Below are positions 18,635 to 28,012 of a DNA stretch of 53,881 bases, in pieces. The DNA is from a candidate division WOR-3 bacterium (lineage in GTDB: Bacteria > Hydrothermota > Tepidihabitantia > Tepidihabitantales > Tepidihabitantaceae), in the NCBI GenBank assembly GCA_039801225.1, contig JBDRUH010000004.1, positions 1 through 53,881 of the forward strand, given 5' to 3'. Numbering within the stretch: position 1 is the stretch's first letter; every line of letters begins with the position of its first letter. Position numbers and translations under genes: made by a program. The notes under the pieces were generated by a model that worked only from the letters and a program-made list of their open reading frames with translations, was not told the origin of the DNA and did no database searches.

Positions 18635-21600
18635 CTAAAAACGGAAGAGGAGCCAGATATTTATGTCAAGCCTTTGGGTGGTGAAACCGGTAATACCCTT
18701 GTTGTAACTGTAGCCGGTATTAAGTCCTGCCTCAATGCTGCGCGAGAAACGGTAGGAGGCACCAAGAGAGGTGGCGGTTGCCTGGTCCCGTTGCTGAGGA
18801 ATGGTGGTCGGCTCTTTACCCTCAGACCAAAGCGTCTGTTCTCGTAAAGTCTGAGAGTAGCGAATCTGGCAGGACAGGTTAAGGTCAGAAGAAAATCGCA
18901 CCTGCCGTAAAAAGGGAAATCTTAATCCCTGAGGGGCAGAAAAGGCGTAAGAAAGGGAAAGATTTGCCCCTGGGTTTCGGGATCTGGTTTCACTGCGGGT
19001 TGTCCCGGTTTCATTTAGGTAGTTTAAAGAACGGGATTGGGTATAATCAATAGAGAGGGTTGTGGATATCCGTTTTTTCCAGTTGGTCTGCCAGGAGAGG
19101 AGCGGGCTGAGGCTGGTGGTATAAGTGGCTGTTCTGCCAAAGTAAGCCAGAGTCTCGCCACCGTTTTCCATTGGCAGAAGTTCTCCGCGGACATCCCAGG
19201 TGCGTTGATAGTTAGTGGAAAGACGAGAGTCAATAGCCAGTTTCGGGAAGAGGTTGTGAACCCGATTTAGGTTTAATGTGATACTGGGCCAGGTGAGAGA
19301 CCGGTCGGCGCTGGCACCAAGAATAGCCTGGTTTTTTCCCCAGGAGAGATTGTAATTTAACCGGGCGGTAAGGTCCTTAAACCCGGCGCCGGTCCCGAGC
19401 CGAAGGTTATTTTCTCTATCTCGGGTGCGGCTCAAATTTCCTTGGAGGGTGTCGTCGGGAAGCGTGTCGGTAAGTCCCAAGCGGTAATTCCAGGGCGCGG
19501 TTCCTTTGAAACCAAGGTAGTCACTGGAGCGGGAAATGGTGTAGTTTATCTCAATCGGTTCAATTTTCTCCTTTAACTCGGAAAACACCCCCTTGGGAAA
19601 TGCTGACCCCGGTTTTGTCCTTGGAGGTCTTCGGACCGGAGGGAGCGACTCTGGCTGTTGATTAAGTGAATCAGTCTCCTCATCCTCTTTCTCCGACTCT
19701 GATGGTCGTTTTTCTATTCTGAGCCGCTCCAGGAGTTCGGCAAGTTCCAACGAAGTGTTGAAACTGATTTCTCCGGAGTTATTAATATTCCGGGAGTCGG
19801 TATAAAAGGTGCCGATTTTCGGGCGCTCGTGGCTGTAGTCACCATCAAATTCAATTGAACCATTGACAAAATCACCGAAATCAAAATCGTAACCGACACT
19901 AAAGTTTTCGTTCCGACCGGCTTCAACACCACTTGAGAATATAAATATCGTTTCCGGCTCGGCAACCAACAGGTCCCGTTCCGACTCCCAGCGGTAATCT
20001 ACCGTTAAATCCTCTATCGGTGAAAAACTGACACTGAAATCTCCGCTCACACCGCTCCCTTTTAAAGTATCAACCCGAATCGTATCGCCTCGGATATCGG
20101 TCTTTTTCCCACCGCTCAAACCGAGGCGGATATCGCGGGGTAAAAGGGCAAGTTCACCCTTTTCGCCTAAACGAATTTTCACATCCGGAGATATTCCATA
20201 GCGCCATTGCCAGTTAACCGATTGGCTGGAGTCATAATTGGGAAAGGTTCGACTCCCCGCCCACCTCTGCCAATAGGAGAACCCCATCGCCTCAAGGGTA
20301 TAGTTTAAAATTTTGTTTCCCGAACGCTGTTTGGTAATGTTGGCGAAGGCAATTTCCCGACTATGTCCAATCCCTGTTTGACCCTTTGCCCGCTCCGGAG
20401 TAAGTCGCAAATCCGAATACCGGGACGAATATTTGGGAACGGTCGTTTGCCGGGCAAAGGAGTAACTAAAGGGCAGGGAAATCTTCCAACTGCGAGGAAG
20501 AAATCGGTCCAAGTTCATCTGGATGTTACCGGAAAGATTCTGACCGAAACCACCGGTTTTCACCCCGCGCCCTTCAGAAAAACGGCGAAAGTTCGGGTCA
20601 GTATATGAGTAGTTAAACCCTAAGGCAATAAAATCGGCCAGACGCAGATTGGTCTGGGCGGTGAATGCATAGCCCGGCTCTTTCCGCGGGGCAGAAAGTC
20701 GGATGTCGTTGAACCAAACTCCACCAGTTGCTTTGTCAAGCGCCCGGTTTTCTATCCCTATTGCCATCCAGCGCACACTGGCAAGCGAGGGCAACCCCTT
20801 AACCCGAAAGGAAAGTTCGCCCTGATTGACTGTGTAGGAAGAGTCCGATTTTATCCCTAAGGAGTCACGCTGCGCCTTGAGGAAAGGAAAGAAATCCAAA
20901 CTGCAGACAAACTCAAACCATTTCCCATCCCGGCCGGATATCTTTTTTCCAGCAGTAATCGGCGCCAAAAACTCGTAAAAATTTGCCGAGTCCGAGCCGA
21001 AACGCAAAAAGGCGCTAAGTCCATTGCCGTCGTCATGAACATAAAATCGCATCTCCTCGTAATCCCGGTAATCCTCAGCCACCGCGGTCGTTTTGGTCAC
21101 CACCGCCTGACGGTTTTTGTCAAGACTCTGGTAGCCCAAGCAGAGTGATGCCTCAGTCTCGGTTTTGCCGGTGGTAATATCCCTTTTTAGGTCAAATGGC
21201 GAGGTGTAGTTGGGGTCGGTCTTATTAGAAACCTGGGTAACCCATACCTTTTCATTGGTATCGGACGGTATTACCGTGTTGCCGTATAAATCGGTAATTT
21301 TCGGGTTGCGCCACTTACTGCCGGTGAACTGAAGGGAATAAATCTCTATTGTGTCTGTCGCCTCAAACCCGTCCAACCAGAGCCGAACCACTCTGATATC
21401 CTCCCATTTGGGGTTGCCTATTTTAGCAAAAAGTGTTGAATCCCGAAGGGTTACCCGGCAAAATCGCCAGGAGTTATATAAAGGAGAGAAAAAACGCTCA
21501 TCATCAAGGGGAATAGAACATTCAAAATAGTGGTTATATCTGGAGAAGCCGTTACCGTCCAGGTCTTCAGAATCAATCCGCAGCCGGCTGTTGCCCTCGG

Positions 21601-24250
21601 TCCCTTGGGGGTTTTTCTTTGGGTCATAGTCATCATTCCCGTCGTCAAGCGCATCCGGCGCCCAGACCGAATCCGCGCCAAAAACCCCATCCAGTCCGGT
21701 GTCCTCGTCCTCGTCAAGGACGCCATTGCCATTGCGGTCTTCGGTGTCTAAGAAGCCGTTATAACCCCGAATTCTTCCACCTTTATCCCGACGCGGGGCA
21801 TCCTCATCTATCGCCATACCCACGGAAATATGCAGGTTCCCTTTTCCCCGCCTGGTCCTTAAGACTATCTCCAGATTCTCAATTTCCGTAAAGTTCATTC
21901 CAATTGCACCAGCGGGAACCTGAGTTATTCCTGCCCAAGACTCTCTATTAGAGTCCGGGGTAAAGACCACCTGAAGAATTTTTTGCGTTTCCCTGCCTTC
22001 CTCACCGATACCGGGACCAAATACGCTGTCTTTGCGCACCGCCGTATCCGGGTTTTTCCAGCAAAGCGGGACACGGGCAAAGGTATTGGTATCCTTTCCT
22101 ACCGGCACTGAGGCAAAAGACCAGACTCCTGCGGTATTAGAGACATCCCGGGTAATTGTCGTCCCCTCAAAATCATCAAGGTAAATTACCCCCCGGGTGT
22201 TTGGGTTCGGCAGGGAAATTGCACCCTCAGTCTTGATATCAAACTGGGTAGGTGTCTGAGCCCACAAAACTGGTAAACGGTCTAAAAAGGCGGTTATTTT
22301 TTCTGAACTGGCGCTGTAAGAGAAATCGCCTTCGGCAACTGTGCGCTGAAAAGGCTCAGAGCCCAGTGTTGGTTTGTCCTCCATAATCGCCTCGGAGCGA
22401 TGGAAAAAACTGCCGCCAATCTTCCCCTGCTGGGCAAACGCCCACTCGGCTCTGGTGCCCACCAGCGACTTCTGACTTAGCGAAAACCAGGGGCGATATT
22501 CAAATGTTACCTTAATATCCGCATCAGGAGGTAGGGGTTTTAAAAAAGTGATGATTCCGGTCTTATAGTCAATTGAGTAATCAGCGCCCCGCGATTTTGT
22601 CACACCGTTCACTATCACCTTTTCTGAATTCTCTAATATGTCGGTCTGACCGAGATAATAGGTCTCAGTTACAGTATAATACGAAACCACCAAGAAATAC
22701 TTTCGCCCTTCGCCGACCGGCAGGTTGAGCGGGTCAACCCGATAGATAATCGGCTCTCTTAGCGAAAGAACCTCGGCGGCAAATGGCTTGGGCAAAGGAA
22801 ACTGAATTACGCCCGTTTTACCATCAAACTCCGGGTATTCAATCTTGTCATCGCCATTCGGGTCCAAACCTAAAAGTTGGACAAACTTCTGTCCGAAGTA
22901 AGGGCTCAAAGAGTCGGTCTCATAATCAAAATGTGTCCCCTGCGAGTTGTAGCGAAAGAGCCGGACCGCTTCCAATTTTATATCGGTGGCACCAACCTGA
23001 TAACAAGAGCGCATCTCCAAGTCCCAGGCAAGGGAAAGGGAGTCGGTTACCTCGGGTTTCAAAAGCGCCAGAACTATTGAGTCTCGCACCATCTCGCCGC
23101 CAATGGTATCCTTATCTTTGTAGGCGATCACACCGACGATGTGATTCCGTTCAATCGGCGTGAGGAACTCCAAGATATTGCCCGGACGCACCAGATAATC
23201 AACGCCCGCGGTCTTGAGATCAAAATCACCACCAACCCGGTCATAACTCCACACCGGGGTTGAATCTGGATGGTCCGGAAAAACGGTTGCAATTGCCTTA
23301 AATGCCGACTGATTGTTACCCGAATTCCGGTCATCAATGTAAACCCTTAAAGATAAGAGACGGTCATTTGAATCCACTCCGGGCAACCGATAAAACCGTC
23401 GCTGAATGAAATCAACATCCCAGATGGTATCGGTCATCACCCGCCGCCTGCCCGTAAAACTCTGGCTCTGGCTCTCTGCCCCCTCCCGGGTAGCAACCGC
23501 ATAAATATTCGCTCCGGCCAGTTTACCCTTAAAAGAAATTCCGAATAGCCCCTGCCGGGTCGGAAGGTCACCGGTATAAATTGTTCCTGGAATGTCCAGC
23601 CGCGTGTCTCCCAACTCTACCGAACGAACCACCTCATCCTCACCGCCAGTATATTCAAGTTTAATCTTATTCTCCTTTTCCTCGCGCTGAGAATCGTGGT
23701 CAATGGTAATTTTTGTCTTATCGCCAACGGTGCCCTGAACCTGCACCGCCAGTTCCTGCTCCATTTTCAACTCCGGGAAAAGATTTTGTCTCTCAGGCGT
23801 CTGGGTTAACCCCTTAAATAAGGTCTGACTACCACCAAAAGTAATTCTGTCCCTGCCCGAAATGTCTATTTTTGACCCCTCACCAAATAATGGTAACTTT
23901 GGCAACTGAATGTCCGGAATCAAACCGCTTGGTTCACTCATTAATTCTTTCTGAATCAGCGTTTGCCGCACCTTTTTCTGCCAGGACTCTATCACCCCTT
24001 CTTTAATTGAATAACTTAGATACTCCTCTATCGGTATGATTCTTTCCAGCCCCAAGTAAACCTGACCTTGCCATTTCTCCAAAAATACCACCCCTAAGGT
24101 ATAATCAGGTCGCGCAACGACCCGGGGCGGCTCAATCAGTGAAAAGCCGAATAAAGGAGAAGCCAAAAGCCAAAAGCCAAAAGCCAAAAGCCAAAATTTT
24201 GAGATTTGAATTTTGAGATTTGAATTTTGAATTTCGGCTTTCGGTATCAT
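18635..24250 (-). CDS. sprA: SprA-like large outer-membrane beta-barrel (type IX secretion translocon homolog)
   Basis: 1871 aa; VQGTVGDK..I.IDHDSQ, IKLEYTGGEDEVVRSVELG, LENSEKV.VNG....RG.DY.IDY.TG, YLDDFEG, TEDRNGNG.LD..ED.GLDG, VWFNDIRL; beta-strand-rich C-terminus ending in F. Confidence 0.82.
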   Translation of the reverse strand: MIPKAEIQNSNLKIQISKFWLLAFGFWLLASPLFGFSLIEPPRVVARPDYTLGVVFLEKWQGQVYLGLERIIPIEEYLSYSIKEGVIESWQKKVRQTLIQKELMSEPSGLIPDIQLPKLPLFGEGSKIDISGRDRITFGGSQTLFKGLTQTPERQNLFPELKMEQELAVQVQGTVGDKTKITIDHDSQREEKENKIKLEYTGGEDEVVRSVELGDTRLDIPGTIYTGDLPTRQGLFGISFKGKLAGANIYAVATREGAESQSQSFTGRRRVMTDTIWDVDFIQRRFYRLPGVDSNDRLLSLRVYIDDRNSGNNQSAFKAIATVFPDHPDSTPVWSYDRVGGDFDLKTAGVDYLVRPGNILEFLTPIERNHIVGVIAYKDKDTIGGEMVRDSIVLALLKPEVTDSLSLAWDLEMRSCYQVGATDIKLEAVRLFRYNSQGTHFDYETDSLSPYFGQKFVQLLGLDPNGDDKIEYPEFDGKTGVIQFPLPKPFAAEVLSLREPIIYRVDPLNLPVGEGRKYFLVVSYYTVTETYYLGQTDILENSEKVIVNGVTKSRGADYSIDYKTGIITFLKPLPPDADIKVTFEYRPWFSLSQKSLVGTRAEWAFAQQGKIGGSFFHRSEAIMEDKPTLGSEPFQRTVAEGDFSYSASSEKITAFLDRLPVLWAQTPTQFDIKTEGAISLPNPNTRGVIYLDDFEGTTITRDVSNTAGVWSFASVPVGKDTNTFARVPLCWKNPDTAVRKDSVFGPGIGEEGRETQKILQVVFTPDSNRESWAGITQVPAGAIGMNFTEIENLEIVLRTRRGKGNLHISVGMAIDEDAPRRDKGGRIRGYNGFLDTEDRNGNGVLDEDEDTGLDGVFGADSVWAPDALDDGNDDYDPKKNPQGTEGNSRLRIDSEDLDGNGFSRYNHYFECSIPLDDERFFSPLYNSWRFCRVTLRDSTLFAKIGNPKWEDIRVVRLWLDGFEATDTIEIYSLQFTGSKWRNPKITDLYGNTVIPSDTNEKVWVTQVSNKTDPNYTSPFDLKRDITTGKTETEASLCLGYQSLDKNRQAVVTKTTAVAEDYRDYEEMRFYVHDDGNGLSAFLRFGSDSANFYEFLAPITAGKKISGRDGKWFEFVCSLDFFPFLKAQRDSLGIKSDSSYTVNQGELSFRVKGLPSLASVRWMAIGIENRALDKATGGVWFNDIRLSAPRKEPGYAFTAQTNLRLADFIALGFNYSYTDPNFRRFSEGRGVKTGGFGQNLSGNIQMNLDRFLPRSWKISLPFSYSFARQTTVPKYSSRYSDLRLTPERAKGQTGIGHSREIAFANITKQRSGNKILNYTLEAMGFSYWQRWAGSRTFPNYDSSQSVNWQWRYGISPDVKIRLGEKGELALLPRDIRLGLSGGKKTDIRGDTIRVDTLKGSGVSGDFSVSFSPIEDLTVDYRWESERDLLVAEPETIFIFSSGVEAGRNENFSVGYDFDFGDFVNGSIEFDGDYSHERPKIGTFYTDSRNINNSGEISFNTSLELAELLERLRIEKRPSESEKEDEETDSLNQQPESLPPVRRPPRTKPGSAFPKGVFSELKEKIEPIEINYTISRSSDYLGFKGTAPWNYRLGLTDTLPDDTLQGNLSRTRDRENNLRLGTGAGFKDLTARLNYNLSWGKNQAILGASADRSLTWPSITLNLNRVHNLFPKLAIDSRLSTNYQRTWDVRGELLPMENGGETLAYFGRTATYTTSLSPLLSWQTNWKKRISTTLSIDYTQSRSLNYLNETGTTRSETRSRNPGANLSLSYAFSAPQGLRFPFLRQVRFSSDLNLSCQIRYSQTLREQTLWSEGKEPTTIPQQRDQATATSLGASYRFSRSIEAGLNTGYSYNKGITGFTTQRLDINIWLLFRF
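24161..24244 (-). repeat. Twelve heptamer units forming the SprA N-terminus/signal peptide, including a perfect (TTTGGCT)5 tract
   Basis: + strand: (AGCCAAA)x5 at 24161-24195, then ATTTTGA/GATTTGA x5, ATTTCGG, CTTTCGG. Confidence 0.9.
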
Positions 24251-26136
24251 CCTGGCTCGGTGAAGAACTTATGCATTATCTCAGCCAGCCATTGGGGGCT
24301 AAGCCGGCATTCCTCAAGCAACCACTCCCTTGGTCCGTGTTCAACAAATCGGTCCTCAATGCCCATCCGCTTCAACTGACAAGAAAGCCCTCTTTTTTCT
24401 ATCACCAGACTGACCAAATTTCCGAATCCGCCCAAGAGAGTATTCTCCTCCACTGTTAAAAGTTTCCGATTAATTCGGGCAAGATTAATAATCAACTCCT
24501 CGTCCACAGGCTTTACAAATCGTCCATCCGCTACAGTAACATTTACACCCTTAGCGGTTAATAACTCGGCTGCTTTCATTGCCCATCCCACCGCTGAACC
24601 TACCGCCAGAACCGCGCCATCCGCGCCTTTTCTCAGCACCTCTCCCTTACCGATTTCAATCACCCTCTTTGGCTCTTCCTCTTGAGTTGCGGCTTTTATC
24701 TCTGCTACCTCGCCGCGGGGATAGCGAATTGCTACCGGACCATTCTGGTATGCCACCGCAAACTCAAGCAGCCTGTTTAACTCATCCCCATCTCGCGGTG
24801 CGGTAACAACCATATTGGGAAACATCGTCAAATAAGAAAGGTCATAAACACCATGATGGGTAGGTCCATCCTCCCCTACTAATCCAGCCCGGTCAATAGC
24901 AAATACTACCGGTAACCCCTGAAGACACACATCCTGCAAAATCTGGTCAAGAGCCCGCAGGAGAAATGTTGAATAGATTGCCACTACCGGCTTTAGACCG
25001 ACCTGTGCCAAACCTGCGGCAAAAGTTACCGCATGCTGCTCGCATATCCCGACATCAAAGAAACGCTCGGGAAACCTCTCCCGAAACTCTTTTAATCCGG
25101 TGCCCAGGCACATCCCGGCAGTTATTGCCACAACCCTTTTGTCAATTTCTGCCAGTTCCACCATCTTAGCGCCAAACCGCTCGGTGAATGTTGGTAGCCT
25201 TCTGCCGGTTGGCGCGCCGGTAGCAACATCAAAAGGACCGATGCCATGAAACTGCTCCGGGTTTTTCCTTGCCGGCTCATACCCCTCGCCTTTACGAGTT
25301 ACAATGTGCACCAGCACCGGACCCCGTAACGCTTTCACCCGCTGGAATGTCTCAATTAACTTGCCCAGATTATGACCGTCAACCGGACCGATATAACGAA
25401 AACCCAACTCTTCAAAAAGAATACTAGGTACTATTAGGTTTTTCAAACCCTCCTGAAGTTTATGTGCTGCTAGCCGGGCTCGCTCACTTAAATCCCGCGG
25501 GAGGTGACCTAACAATTGCCAAGCATCATCGCGCAGCCGATTATATACCCTGCCGGTTATAACCTGATTCAAATAAGTAGCAATCGCACCGGTAGTATGG
25601 GCGATGGACATTTCATTATCATTCAAAACCACAATCAGGTCCTCTTTGAGAGAGCCGGCGTGATTAAGCGCCTCAAGAGCCATACCGGTAACAATAGAAC
25701 CATCACCAATTACCGCAATCACCCGACGCCTTTTCCCTTGCCTCCGAAGACCGGTCACCATTCCCAGCGCTGCAGAGATAGAATCACCCGAATGACCGGT
25801 ATCAAACACATCGTATTCACTTTCAATTCTTTTGGGAAATCCGGCAATCCCTTTCACCAAGCGGAGCGTAGCAAACCGCTCCCGGCGCCCGGTAATAATT
25901 TTGTGAGTATAACACTGATGCCCCACATCCCAGATAATCCAGTCCTCCGGGGTGTCAAATGTCCGGTGCAGAGCAAGCGTCAACTCTACTACCCCCAGGT
26001 TAGGAGCAAGATGCCCGCCGTTTTTGGCCACCGTCTTAACGATTAACTCCCGAATCTCCTGTGCCAGTATCCTCAACTCTGCCAGAGAAAGGCTTCTCAG
26101 TGAAACGGGGGAGTCAATCCGCTCCAACAATCCCAT
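24247..26136 (-). CDS. dxs: 1-deoxy-D-xylulose-5-phosphate synthase
   Basis: GGHLAPNLGVVELT, WDVGHQCY.HK, VIGDGS, LNDNEMSI, YIGPVDGH, DRAGLVGEDGPTHHG, IRYPRG. Confidence 0.97.
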   Translation of the reverse strand: MGLLERIDSPVSLRSLSLAELRILAQEIRELIVKTVAKNGGHLAPNLGVVELTLALHRTFDTPEDWIIWDVGHQCYTHKIITGRRERFATLRLVKGIAGFPKRIESEYDVFDTGHSGDSISAALGMVTGLRRQGKRRRVIAVIGDGSIVTGMALEALNHAGSLKEDLIVVLNDNEMSIAHTTGAIATYLNQVITGRVYNRLRDDAWQLLGHLPRDLSERARLAAHKLQEGLKNLIVPSILFEELGFRYIGPVDGHNLGKLIETFQRVKALRGPVLVHIVTRKGEGYEPARKNPEQFHGIGPFDVATGAPTGRRLPTFTERFGAKMVELAEIDKRVVAITAGMCLGTGLKEFRERFPERFFDVGICEQHAVTFAAGLAQVGLKPVVAIYSTFLLRALDQILQDVCLQGLPVVFAIDRAGLVGEDGPTHHGVYDLSYLTMFPNMVVTAPRDGDELNRLLEFAVAYQNGPVAIRYPRGEVAEIKAATQEEEPKRVIEIGKGEVLRKGADGAVLAVGSAVGWAMKAAELLTAKGVNVTVADGRFVKPVDEELIINLARINRKLLTVEENTLLGGFGNLVSLVIEKRGLSCQLKRMGIEDRFVEHGPREWLLEECRLSPQWLAEIMHKFFTEPG

Positions 26137-26138
26137 TT

Positions 26139-26972
26139 TTACTCTTTTCTATTAAGAACAAAAGGCACCAACTCGGCAAAAAAAACAAATTTTGGTCCAA
26201 GCGCGAGAAAACCATCTCGGGTTTTCTCGGCTAAAATTTCTGCCTTGCGACGCAATTTATTCGCATAGCGCTCCTGGTCTAAAAGGTCGTCGGTCAACTG
26301 AAACAATACCCCCAGTTTCATCCCTAAAAACTCCAACTTTTTCTCAAGTTTTGGGGAAGCATTAGCAATTATTGCTCCGGTGCCAAGTGAGGCGGCAAAA
26401 AACATGCCGGTTTTTAACTCGGCGATTCGCATTAGTTTCGCAAGGCTAAAGCCTTGCCCTATCTGAACCTTTTTATTTGGAGGATTTTGGATTATATCTA
26501 ACATCTGCCCGCCGGCCATACCGCTAATTCCGATAGACCGGGAAATTAAAAGCGTTGCTGCCCCTCTCCGGGCGATGGGCGCCGGCCCGTTCATAAAGAG
26601 TTCATAGGCTAACGCCAAAAGGCCATCTCCGGCAAGGATTGCGGTTGCCTCATCAAACTGCCGGTGAACTGTCGGCTGCCCGCGACGATAATCATCATTG
26701 TCCATACTGGGTAGGTCGTCATGGATTAAAGAAAAGGTGTGGATTAACTCAATCCCGCAGCAAAAAGGTATAACCCAATCCAGCCTCCTCCCGCCGCAAG
26801 CCCGAAATGCCTCCAAGGTCAAAACCGGTCTTAGCCTTTTCCCTTTAGAAAGAACCGCATAGCGCACCGCCTGAGCAAGACGGCAAGGAACTTTTTTGTT
26901 AAAACGGAGCATTTTTTTCAGTTCCCTGTTAATAAGCCGCTGGTCTGCTCTCAGTTGATGGAAAATGTTCAT
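26139..26972 (-). CDS. ispA: Short-chain polyprenyl (farnesyl/geranylgeranyl) diphosphate synthase IspA-like
   Basis: GKRLRP, SLIHDDLPSMDNDDYRRGQPT, AILAGD, GMAGGQ.LD, KTG, FQLTDDLLD; lies in the folD-ispA-dxs synteny. Confidence 0.88.
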   Translation of the reverse strand: MNIFHQLRADQRLINRELKKMLRFNKKVPCRLAQAVRYAVLSKGKRLRPVLTLEAFRACGGRRLDWVIPFCCGIELIHTFSLIHDDLPSMDNDDYRRGQPTVHRQFDEATAILAGDGLLALAYELFMNGPAPIARRGAATLLISRSIGISGMAGGQMLDIIQNPPNKKVQIGQGFSLAKLMRIAELKTGMFFAASLGTGAIIANASPKLEKKLEFLGMKLGVLFQLTDDLLDQERYANKLRRKAEILAEKTRDGFLALGPKFVFFAELVPFVLNRKE

Positions 26973-27829
26973 ACTGAACTCTTTGCTGCTTTGATCACAT
27001 TAGCCAAAAGCATCGCCACCGTCATCGGTCCGACACCCCCGGGCACCGGTGTTATTGCCTGCGCCTTAACCGCCACGCTATCAAACTCCACATCGCCGAC
27101 TATCCCTTTCTCGGTCCGATTAATCCCGGCGTCAACCACTACCACACCGTCTGATACCATATCGCCGGTAATTAGTCCTGGTCTGCCCGCTGCCACAATC
27201 AAAATCTCTGCCTCTTGGCAAATCATACCTAAATCTTCGGTTTTGCTATGGCAAACGGTTACTGTAGCATCTCCTCTCTCCCCGTGCAAGAGAAGCAGAT
27301 TTGCCAGCGGTTTGCCCACCAGTTCACCCCTGCCGACAATTACCACCCGGCGGCGGGCAATTGGAATTGAGTTCCTGACCAAGAGTTCCACAATCCCTCT
27401 CGGTGTCGCCGGGACAAAATTCGGCTTTCCGAGCATTAGTCTGCCTAAATTCACACTGGTCAAACCATCAACATCCTTTTCCGGTTTGATCAGCTCAACA
27501 AGAGAAAATTCGTTCAGGTGAGAAGGTAATGGCAGTTGCAAAATTATCCCGTGAACATTTTTATCTTCATTCGCCTTAACTATTGTGTCAGCAACCTCAT
27601 TCGCCTTTGCGTTTTCAGACAGCCGAACCGTCTCCACCTCAACCCCTATCTTCCGGCACGCCCTTTCCTTATTATTAACATAGATGACCGAGGCCGGATT
27701 ATTTCCGACAAGTATTATGAGCAGTTTCGGAGTTACACCCCTCTCCTTTAAATCTCTCAAATCCCGGGTTAACTCCTCCTGAATAGCCTGAGCGGTTTTC
27801 TTTCCGTCCAAAATGAGTGGTTTATTCAA
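26969..27829 (-). CDS. folD: Methylenetetrahydrofolate dehydrogenase/cyclohydrolase FolD (likely TTG start at 27829)
   Basis: ILDGK, HGIILQLPLP, KDVDG, VGKPLA.LL, VGDV, ITPVPGGVGPMTVAML; AGGAGG just upstream of the TTG. Confidence 0.95.
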   Translation of the reverse strand: MNKPLILDGKKTAQAIQEELTRDLRDLKERGVTPKLLIILVGNNPASVIYVNNKERACRKIGVEVETVRLSENAKANEVADTIVKANEDKNVHGIILQLPLPSHLNEFSLVELIKPEKDVDGLTSVNLGRLMLGKPNFVPATPRGIVELLVRNSIPIARRRVVIVGRGELVGKPLANLLLLHGERGDATVTVCHSKTEDLGMICQEAEILIVAAGRPGLITGDMVSDGVVVVDAGINRTEKGIVGDVEFDSVAVKAQAITPVPGGVGPMTVAMLLANVIKAAKSSV

Positions 27830-27976
27830 AATGCCTCCTAAAATATAAAAATAGCTTTCCGGAAGCAAACCTAAAGGTTTGCCTTTCTTTTGGGGACCGA
27901 ATCGGACTTTCCGGAAGCTGTTTTTTATCAGACACTCAATACATTAAACTCTCGGCGCAAATCCTCCTTTTATAAA

Positions 27977-28005
27977 ATTATGACATAAAATTTACCCGAG
28001 GTCAA
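27977..28005 (-). promoter_or_regulatory. sigma70-type promoter of the folD operon (TTGACC-N17-CATAAT)
   Basis: Read on the minus strand; implies a 5' leader of about 140 nt. Confidence 0.55.
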
Positions 28006-28012
28006 CATTTAA

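Noticed and set aside
27830-27975. 6S RNA, THF/ZTP riboswitch, or a 10-aa uORF (27960-27928)
   Set aside because: No long end-to-end hairpin or recognisable riboswitch consensus, and the uORF SD is only 2 nt from its TTG. Kept only as an unexplained structured leader.
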